A DNA stretch of 13,152 bases from Candidatus Eiseniibacteriota bacterium (GTDB lineage: Bacteria > Arandabacterota > Arandabacteria > Arandabacterales > Arandabacteraceae): positions 1-13,152 of the forward strand of contig JBDRNT010000065.1 of the NCBI GenBank assembly GCA_043810925.1. The letters run 5' to 3'. Shown here piece by piece: positions 7,633-13,152 of this stretch. The position numbers were made by a program, and so were the translations under genes. The notes below the pieces were generated by a model. The model was not told where the DNA came from. It worked only from the letters and a program-made list of their open reading frames with translations, and did no database searches. How positions within the stretch are numbered: position 1 is the stretch's first letter; every line of letters begins with the position of its first letter.

Positions 7633-7719
7633 GGTTTCCGCTTAACTCCGGACCTCACGACACTGCTCTGGCTCGTGAGGCGGTTTGTGGCTGGGTGACC
7701 ACGGAGTTAAACTGAAACC
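7633..7719. repeat. central branched inverted repeat between the two promoter/attI modules
   Basis: GGTTTCCGCTTAACTCCG (7633-7650) and CGGAGTTAAACTGAAACC (7702-7719) are complementary at 16 of 18 positions. Inner hairpin CCTCACGA (7653-7660)/TCGTGAGG (7673-7680). Confidence 0.75.
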
Positions 7720-7748
7720 GCCTAACACTCTTCCCGCGAGTAATTGTG

Positions 7749-7777
7749 TTGACAACCGCCTGATTCTGGGGTATTTG
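7749..7777 (+). promoter_or_regulatory. putative cassette promoter (Pc), rightward
   Basis: TTGACA (7749-7754), 17 nt, TATTTG (7772-7777), about 80 nt upstream of the first cassette boundary. Confidence 0.6.
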
Positions 7778-7829
7778 TGGAGAGTATTCAGCAGAGTGTT
7801 AGACGGAAAGAGTGGCCATCTAGAACGTA

Positions 7830-7861
7830 CTTAACAGGATCCGTATAAGCAGCAGTTGGCA
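7830..7861 (+). other. putative attI site heading the cassette array
   Basis: CGTATAA-GCAGCA-GTTGGCA has the same TAA-N6-GTT spacing as attI1 (TAA-AACAAA-GTT). GTTGGCAC (7855-7862) is the exact complement of GTGCCAAC (8289-8296) at the end of cassette 1. No attC-family hairpin precedes it. Confidence 0.7.
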
Positions 7862-7881
7862 CTACGGAAATGGAGGAACAC

Positions 7882-8286
7882 ATGGATTACTCTGAAAGCC
7901 TCGAAGGGATGCCTGGCGATCCGAACGGTCCTGCCTATCGGAAGACTGAGACACGGACCGGTCCTCCTCTCGACTACGTCGCAGAAAAACTCAAACTATC
8001 CTTGGAAGCGCTCCATAGCACAATCCGCGCAATCCAGGAGACGGTTCCAGAGAATCTGCCTCAGCCTCAGGCAGCCATCGGATCGACCTATTCGGTCAAG
8101 CAGGATGCTCTCTTCTCACCCGCATGGGACGCGTTCCGCTGTGGACTTACAGCGTTTCTTGCTTTACAGAATTTCTTGGTTCTTGCGAATGACCAGGGCA
8201 TTTTCGACCGCCTCTTGGGGTATTCGAGGGAGGAGTTCAGGAATTGGCTGGGCAACATAGAAAGAGAAGGTTTAGTCTCCGGGTAG
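7882..8286 (+). CDS. gene cassette 1: hypothetical protein (~134 aa)
   Basis: The ORF fills the interval between the GTTGGCA core and attC1. ATG 7882 follows GGAGG (7872-7876); ATG 7870 is an alternative. No motif recognised. Confidence 0.75.
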   Translation: MDYSESLEGMPGDPNGPAYRKTETRTGPPLDYVAEKLKLSLEALHSTIRAIQETVPENLPQPQAAIGSTYSVKQDALFSPAWDAFRCGLTAFLALQNFLVLANDQGIFDRLLGYSREEFRNWLGNIEREGLVSG

Positions 8287-8289
8287 GTG

Positions 8290-8389
8290 TGCCAACCAGT
8301 GGTTCGAGACGGACTGCCTTGCGGCGTCACGGCTCTTGCAGACGCAATAGCCTTGCCGCCTTGCCCGCCGTTCAGCCACGCCGTTAGAT
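8290..8389 (+). repeat. attC site 1 (100 bp)
   Basis: R'' TGCCAAC (8290-8296), 5 nt, then L'' GTT[C]GA[G]ACGG pairing with CCGTTCAGC, 6 nt, R' GTTAGAT (8383-8389). Shares the internal GCGGCGTCACGGCTCTTGCAGA..GCAATAGCCT..GCCGCCTTGCC sequence with attC2 and, more loosely, attC3. Confidence 0.9.
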
Positions 8390-8403
8390 GACAAGGAAGG
8401 CAT

Positions 8404-9243
8404 ATGAAGTTGCTTCTTATTGTGTCAGTGATGTGTGTGATTGCATCGCCTGCTTTGTCTTACGAGGGTCTGGGCGAGGCTTTCCAGGCGACCAATCGGG
8501 AGGATGCAGTTCAATATATCATTGACAAGTGCCGTCTGGATTGGACGACTGGGTGGCCGACGGGCCACCCTCGCCAATGGAACGACGTCAGGGCCTATGT
8601 CTCACCTAACCGTCGCTACTGCCTGCTAAGCAAAGCAGGAGCGTCCGAGTGGGGTCAGGGCGGGGATGCTGAGTACTGCCTAGTCGGCGTGGATTCCGGG
8701 CCGATTTGGCTGAAGCACGGAACGATTGGCGGTGAACCGGGAGTTTCAGATCACGGGACTGTCGCCATATTCGAGGGGTGGAAGAGTGCCTCTGAGTTGA
8801 GGTATATTCCTGTTGGGCTCCTCATGATCAGCGCCGATGACGACACTTTCTTCACCAGAAGGTGGTCGAACCATATTCCCCGTCCGATTCAGGGGAAGCG
8901 CTTGTCCGAGAGCTACGGATTCAGTCTCGACGGTCGCTTCTTCATCGTTACAATGAACGTCGCAGATCCTGATGAAGACACTCCGCGGGCCAGCGGATAC
9001 AACAATACCATGTTGCATTGCATCGATCTTGAGGAAGGATCTGAGCGAGTCGAGGATCTGGGCCACTTCTGGCCCAAGACGCACGAGATTACTGACAAGG
9101 GTGCTGAGCTCACTGGGGAGTGGCAGCGCATTCTCAGCACACATGGCTCGTATGACTATGGATTCTACCGCATAACTTGGTCACCGTGGCAGGTTGAGAA
9201 GATTGTCGTTGGTACCAGAGACTTGGGCGAAGTTAGCCGCTAG
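8404..9243 (+). CDS. gene cassette 2: exported hypothetical protein (279 aa), probably beta-rich
   Basis: Signal peptide MKLLLIVSVMCVIASPALS and an AAGGAAGG RBS. Cassette ends GTTAGATGAC (8383-8392) and GTCATCTAAC (9243-9252) are perfectly complementary. VSPNRRY and FSLDGRF resemble beta-propeller blade motifs (inference). Confidence 0.85.
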   Translation: MKLLLIVSVMCVIASPALSYEGLGEAFQATNREDAVQYIIDKCRLDWTTGWPTGHPRQWNDVRAYVSPNRRYCLLSKAGASEWGQGGDAEYCLVGVDSGPIWLKHGTIGGEPGVSDHGTVAIFEGWKSASELRYIPVGLLMISADDDTFFTRRWSNHIPRPIQGKRLSESYGFSLDGRFFIVTMNVADPDEDTPRASGYNNTMLHCIDLEEGSERVEDLGHFWPKTHEITDKGAELTGEWQRILSTHGSYDYGFYRITWSPWQVEKIVVGTRDLGEVSR

Positions 9244-9245
9244 TC

Positions 9246-9253
9246 ATCTAACC
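9246..9253 (+). repeat. attC site 2, left fragment (R'' box), separated from the rest by the IS
   Basis: ATCTAAC (9246-9252) lies 2 nt after the cassette 2 stop. Joining it to 10836 onward restores ATCTAACCAGTGG..., matching attC1 TGCCAACCAGTGG.... Confidence 0.85.
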
Positions 9254-9327
9254 CCTATGAGGCCTACCCGAGTCAAGCGCAAAAACGCCCGCGTTAAGCT
9301 GGCGGGGTAGCCGGCTTTGTCTTTTCA

Positions 9328-9741
9328 TCAAGACCGAACGACCTGACTTAGTTTCACATCTGGCGGTGTGGGCAGATGCTGTCCCACACAAACCCCTATA
9401 CAAGGTTCAGGGCTCCGTGAAAGGAGCCTGCGAAGGTGGTGAGCCTTCGCGCCCTAGAAACACATCGGATCCCTCTTAGTGTCCCAGTCAAACGACGGGC
9501 TGCACGGGTGAGCATGCGCCAGTTAGTTTTGGGCTCACGTGAGGGGCAGGACAGGTCAGTCTTGACCGATATGTCATGTCGGAGCGGAGCGGCCATCCAA
9601 TCCAGCGCGAGAGGCTGCCTGAGATAAGCCAAGTAGCGCAGGCATGGTCTTATCCACAAGCATTTTGGCACATCGCATCTACCTAGCAGGCTTCTCACGA
9701 GACGGCTCCAGTTAGACGTGTGGCTTGACCGCTCCCTCCGA
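9328..9741 (-). ncRNA. candidate bridge RNA/seekRNA of the IS110/IS1111 element
   Basis: Non-coding region 3' of the transposase with two closed domains: 9579-9741 (TCGGAGCGGAGCGG/CCGCTCCCTCCGA) and 9328-9565 (TCAAGAC/GTCTTGA, GACCTG/CAGGTC). Internal hairpins at 9366-9389, 9408-9430 and 9430-9450. Contains short matches to the donor junction and to the attC target. Confidence 0.65.
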
Positions 9742-9742
9742 G

Positions 9743-10753
9743 TCAATTGCTAAGGAATCGTTTCATGTCGAATGCCCTTTGTCTGAGGAGCACGAAGTAG
9801 ACAGCTCTTCCGAGTTTGTGGGCGAGGATGGAAAGTGACTTAGCCTTTCCGTATCTTGCCTGAAGTCTGTTTCGATACTTCATCCCCTCGGAGAATGCCC
9901 ACTTAAGGTGCATGTTCCCGATCTTCCTGCCCGAGGTGCCATACTTCTTGCCGGCGGACTCCTTGGAGCATGCTACGAGCCGGGCATAAGATACGAAGTT
10001 GCTCACTGTAGGGAAGCGCGATATGTCATGAATCTCATACAGGATGGCCAGGGAGAGAATCTTGCCTATGCCGGGTACAGTCTTTAGCAGATAGAGAGAC
10101 TGGGAATCATGGTGCCGGGCGTTCTTCAAGATGAAGAGTTCCAGGCGTTTCATGAGTTGGTCGTAGTGGTCTATGAGTTCCAGGTCAGCGCTGATACTCA
10201 TGCTGACGTCGGGATCGGAGAACTGCTCGGCAACCCCGGCGCGGTGAGTCTTGTAGGCAATCTTCTTGCCGAATGGTGGGAGGTTGTACTGGCTGTTGGT
10301 GTTCTGGATGTGACCTAAGAGATCAGCCCGCCGTCGCATGAGGTAGTGACGTCGTCTGAGGAGATCTCTGGTGGCTCTCATCTCAGGTGGGTAGACATAG
10401 GCCTGGGGTATCATTCCGCCCCTAAGGAGGCCGGCGATCTTTCGGGAGTCTACACGATCGTTTTTGGCCTTCCCTCCATGTATGGCTCTCATGTATAATG
10501 CATGATCGAGGACGAAGGGGATGGTTTCCCTATGACAGAGGTCTGCGAGCCAGTACCAAGCGAACATGCACTCAGCACATACGACGATGTCCTCTCGGTA
10601 AGGCTGGATGACTTCGAGGAAGGCATCTGGCTCGGCGGGGATGTTGCGGTGAAGGACGACGTCTCCGTGGTCGTCGAGGACACAGACGTACATGGACCTG
10701 GTGTGCAGATCGACACCACAATAGAAGAGGTGCTCTTTGGTATAGAATCTCAT
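9743..10753 (-). CDS. IS110-family DEDD recombinase/transposase (possibly carrying a short in-frame deletion)
   Basis: RuvC-like DEDD residues (CGVDLH, VCAECM, AKNDRVDS), LKTVPGIGKI, and ESAGK (catalytic serine region). AAGGAGG RBS upstream. Confidence 0.95.
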   Translation of the reverse strand: MRFYTKEHLFYCGVDLHTRSMYVCVLDDHGDVVLHRNIPAEPDAFLEVIQPYREDIVVCAECMFAWYWLADLCHRETIPFVLDHALYMRAIHGGKAKNDRVDSRKIAGLLRGGMIPQAYVYPPEMRATRDLLRRRHYLMRRRADLLGHIQNTNSQYNLPPFGKKIAYKTHRAGVAEQFSDPDVSMSISADLELIDHYDQLMKRLELFILKNARHHDSQSLYLLKTVPGIGKILSLAILYEIHDISRFPTVSNFVSYARLVACSKESAGKKYGTSGRKIGNMHLKWAFSEGMKYRNRLQARYGKAKSLSILAHKLGRAVYFVLLRQRAFDMKRFLSN

Positions 10754-10835
10754 TGGGGTCTCCTCCTTTCAATGAGATGGGTTACCCCGAGCATACGCTC
10801 GGGAGGCTCCTGAGGGGAGGCCTCAATGAGTATCC

Positions 10836-10926
10836 AGTGGCTTGAGACGGACGGCCGTGCGGCGTCACGGCTCTTGCAGAAGCAATAGCCTCGCCGCCTT
10901 GCCGTCGCCCAGGCACACCGTTATAC
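10836..10926 (+). repeat. attC site 2, right fragment (reconstituted site 99 bp)
   Basis: AGTGGCTTGAGACGGACGGCCGTGCGGCGTCACGGCTCTTGCAGAAGCAATAGCCTCGCCGCCTTGCC...GTTATAC (R' 10920-10926) is closely similar to attC1. Confidence 0.9.
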
Positions 10927-10950
10927 GGTGCAAACACAAATGGAGGGGAA

Positions 10951-11613
10951 GTGAGAAGACTCTTCCGGCCTGGTATTGTGCTTACGGTCCTGTTCGCGTT
11001 GACGGTCCCAGCCAGTGAGGGTCGCGAGCTGAAGGCCGCACTGGCCTTATCAGCTTCGGCCGGATCCGGGATTGCAGGAAGAAAATGGCACTTTCAAGGC
11101 GTGAATGATGTGAGCGTGAGTGCGCCGAAGGCATGCGGCTTGGCCGTTGAATACGGCCCGGTGCAATCTGCGTGTGGCACGGAGCTCTTGTTAATCGTGG
11201 AGGGATCGGTCTTCACTGAAGGAACTAGCGAGACTGAACTGCAGGATCGTCCATTCGGTACCGCCAAACTGGCCATCAATTCAGCGGCAGGCCTAGTATA
11301 CGTTTCCCTTTCGGTACCCAACCGATTAGCCCCTTTCGTGCGACTCGGGCTAGGAGCGGCAAGAGTCCGGTTCGAAGAGACATATTCCGACGCCCGGCTC
11401 AGAGATATTGACATAGATTATTGGGACCTTGCTTATGGGCTCGGCGCCGGCATCCAATATTCGATCACACCAAGGATCAGCATCTCAGCATTCTACGATG
11501 GGATCTACGTCCCCGGTGACCGGCTTAGCCCCAGGAGTAATGGCCTTGAAACGGGGATTCGCACCGGGTGGGGCGCAGAGTGGACCGGACTGAGGGTTCA
11601 CATTCGCCCATAG
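10951..11613 (+). CDS. gene cassette 3: outer-membrane beta-barrel protein (8-stranded OmpA/OmpW-like class)
   Basis: Signal peptide and amphipathic strands APFVRLGLGAARV, LAYGLGAGIQYSITPRISISAFY and TGLRVHI. GGAGG RBS with a GTG start. Cassette ends GTTATAC (10920-10926) and GTATAAC (11619-11625) are complementary. Confidence 0.8.
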   Translation: MRRLFRPGIVLTVLFALTVPASEGRELKAALALSASAGSGIAGRKWHFQGVNDVSVSAPKACGLAVEYGPVQSACGTELLLIVEGSVFTEGTSETELQDRPFGTAKLAINSAAGLVYVSLSVPNRLAPFVRLGLGAARVRFEETYSDARLRDIDIDYWDLAYGLGAGIQYSITPRISISAFYDGIYVPGDRLSPRSNGLETGIRTGWGAEWTGLRVHIRP

Positions 11614-11618
11614 GTATT

Positions 11619-11715
11619 GTATAACTTGTGCATTCAGCGGTCTTGCTGCGGTGTTACGGCTCTGGCAGAACAAGAGCCTCGCCACCTTGCCTGCCGCTGA
11701 CGCGAGACGTTAAGG
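11619..11715 (+). repeat. attC site 3 (97 bp)
   Basis: R'' GTATAAC, 5 nt, CA[T]TCAGCGG ... CCGCTGACG, 6 nt, R' GTTAAGG (11709-11715). Internal GCGGTGTTACGGCTCTGGCAGA..AGCCTCGCCACCTTGCC is related to attC1 and attC2. Confidence 0.88.
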
Positions 11716-11728
11716 GCAAGGTGAGCCG

Positions 11729-12226
11729 ATGGTAGATAAACTGACGGAGAAACGGAAGCGGACGGGTCTGAGACCTTTGCTCGCCATACTCATTGCCACT
11801 GGTGTCGTGGCCGGTTGCTCGGCAGACAAGGGCAGCGGGCCCGAGGCAGTCAACCATCGCCCAACCATCGAGGAGATAGCTGACACGACAGCAGTGGTCG
11901 GAGACACGCTCTACCTACAAGTCACGGCTTCCGACCCAGACGGTGATGACCTGGAGTTCAGCTTGGTTATCCCTTGCAGTTGGTCAGAGATGCAGCAAGG
12001 TCGCTGTCCTATTGCATCTATCAGGTCTGCAGACCTTGTGTTTTGGTTTTGGCCTCGTACGTTCGATCTATCCTTTCGTAGTTTCAGCATAAAGGTGGAC
12101 GACGGTCACGGGGGACGAGATTCTACTGCTTTTGGGGTCGCGGTTTCGTCCTCAGGAGGCTCAGGAGCGACGATCATGCAACAAAAAGTGTGGGCTTTCT
12201 TCGAGAGTGTAAGATATTTTGTGTAA
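11729..12226 (+). CDS. gene cassette 4: lipoprotein with an Ig-like/cadherin-like domain, 3' end replaced by IS256 sequence
   Basis: Basic N-terminus, hydrophobic core and lipobox VVAG-C. NHRPTI, ASDPDGDDLEFS and VDDGHGGRDS fit cadherin-like/Ig repeats. Codons from 12203 on (ESVRYFV*) come from the IS256 IR. Confidence 0.75.
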   Translation: MVDKLTEKRKRTGLRPLLAILIATGVVAGCSADKGSGPEAVNHRPTIEEIADTTAVVGDTLYLQVTASDPDGDDLEFSLVIPCSWSEMQQGRCPIASIRSADLVFWFWPRTFDLSFRSFSIKVDDGHGGRDSTAFGVAVSSSGGSGATIMQQKVWAFFESVRYFV

Positions 12227-13152
12227 ATGGCTATAGTTTATACTCAGACAAAGGAGAGACTCTATGGCCAAGCAAGATCCCACCGACAATCTGCTGGATG
12301 AGCTCCTTGCGGGCAAGACGGCCGAGGAGATCCTCGGTAAGGACGGGCTTCTCGATGATCTGACGAGGCGGCTTGTCAATAGGGCGCTCGAGGGTGAGAT
12401 GACTCACCACCTGGGCTACCCACCTCACTCCCCGGCTGGTCGCCACAGCGGCAACTCCCGCAACGGCAAGACGACGAAGATCGTCAAGGGTAAGACTGGC
12501 GAGATGGAGATCGCCGTTCCTCGTGATCGCAACAGCGCCTTCGAGCCCGAGTTGGTCAAGAAGCACCAGCGCCGGCTTCCCGGGTTTGATGACAAGGTGG
12601 TCGCACTCTATGCGCGAGGCCTTACCACTCGGGAGATCACCGGACATCTTAAGGATCTCTACGGGGTCGACGTATCGCCATCGTTGATCTCGGCGGTGAC
12701 GGACACGGTGATCGAGGATGTGGTGGCCTGGCAGAGCCGTCCTCTGGATGCGGTCTATCCTATAGTCTATCTGGACGCGATCCATCTTAAGATGCGCAGT
12801 GAGGGCCAGGTACGCAACCAGGCTGTCTATCTGGCCCTGGGTATCAACCTGGATGGCGGCAAGGACCTTCTGGGGCTTTGGATCGGCGAGAGCGAGGGCT
12901 CGAAGTTCTGGCTTGGGGTATTGACTGAACTTCAGAACCGGGGGGTTGAGGACATCCTGATCGCCTGTGTGGATGGCCTGAAGGGCTTTCCGGAGGCGAT
13001 CGAGACGGTCTATCCCAAGACTCAGGTTCAGCTCTGTATCATTCACCTGGTGCGTCACTCGCTTCGCTACGTGAGATGGACGGAGCGAAAGCGGGTGGCC
13101 GCTGACCTGCGGTCGATCTACACAGCGGCAACGGCAGAGGCGGCAGAGCAGG
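12203..13152 (+). mobile_element. IS256-family insertion sequence (left end; continues beyond the window)
   Basis: GAGAGTGTAAGATATTTTGTGTAAAT at 12203 has the IS256-family terminal IR pattern and is followed 61 nt later by the transposase. Confidence 0.88.
12264..13152 (+). CDS. IS256-family (Mutator-like) transposase, partial; missing from the ORF track because it has no stop in the window
   Basis: ATG 12264 after AAGGAG reads MAKQDPTDNLLDELL...ALEGEMTHHLGY...NSRNG...VPRDRNSAFEP...LYARGLTTREI...YPIVYLDAIH...ELQNRGVEDILIACVDGLKGF...QLCIIHLVR. Confidence 0.96.
   Translation, partial: MAKQDPTDNLLDELLAGKTAEEILGKDGLLDDLTRRLVNRALEGEMTHHLGYPPHSPAGRHSGNSRNGKTTKIVKGKTGEMEIAVPRDRNSAFEPELVKKHQRRLPGFDDKVVALYARGLTTREITGHLKDLYGVDVSPSLISAVTDTVIEDVVAWQSRPLDAVYPIVYLDAIHLKMRSEGQVRNQAVYLALGINLDGGKDLLGLWIGESEGSKFWLGVLTELQNRGVEDILIACVDGLKGFPEAIETVYPKTQVQLCIIHLVRHSLRYVRWTERKRVAADLRSIYTAATAEAAEQ

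Larger units (their letters stand above)
9254..10835 (-). mobile_element. IS110-family element with IS1111-type organisation, inserted in attC2 (1582 bp)
   Basis: CC core at both junctions (9252-9253, 10834-10835). Sub-terminal IRs TGAGGCCTACCC (9258-9269) and GGGGAGGCCTCA (10814-10825) match at 11 of 12 positions. Short leader, and a long non-coding region downstream of the transposase. Confidence 0.92.

Noticed and set aside
7633-7719. Central structure read as a retron msr/msd or a known riboswitch/ribozyme
   Set aside because: No reverse transcriptase is in the window and I recognise no consensus of a known class. It is kept only as an unexplained structure.
9396-9746. 116-aa ORF downstream of the IS110 transposase
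   Set aside because: It lies in the densely base-paired non-coding region, has an Arg-rich, non-protein-like composition, and is better explained as the RNA locus.
8290-11715. Recurrent ~100-bp repeats read as a CRISPR array or simple terminators
   Set aside because: They are separated by whole genes, are too long for CRISPR repeats, and have the R''/L''/L'/R' layout of attC sites.
12231-13058. 275-aa minus-strand ORF
   Set aside because: It is the antisense shadow of the IS256 transposase, which is on the plus strand from 12264.

Overview
The window has two parts. Left (1-5360): a divergent catabolic cluster. Two tandem knotted-type (YgeW/AOTCase-like) carbamoyltransferase genes and carbamate kinase lie on the minus strand, and a fold-type II PLP enzyme lies on the plus strand. 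Both ends of the cluster carry the same small palindromic repeat family. Right (5408-13152): a mobile region with an intact IS630-family element, a CPBP (CAAX protease/Abi) gene, and an integron-type array of four cassettes with three related ~97-100 bp attC sites and no integrase gene in the window. An IS110/IS1111-type element splits the second attC. It shows sub-terminal IRs, a duplicated CC core, a predicted circle-junction promoter and a structured ~490-nt non-coding region with donor- and target-matching segments (bridge/seekRNA candidate). An IS256-family element truncates the fourth cassette. The most unusual structure is at 7492-7861, where intI would normally sit. There, two homologous promoter+attI-like modules face outward back-to-back, mirror-symmetric about ~7676, with a central inverted repeat on the same axis. 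This suggests an integrase-less two-headed integron platform. All family assignments come from recognising motifs by eye; no searches were run.
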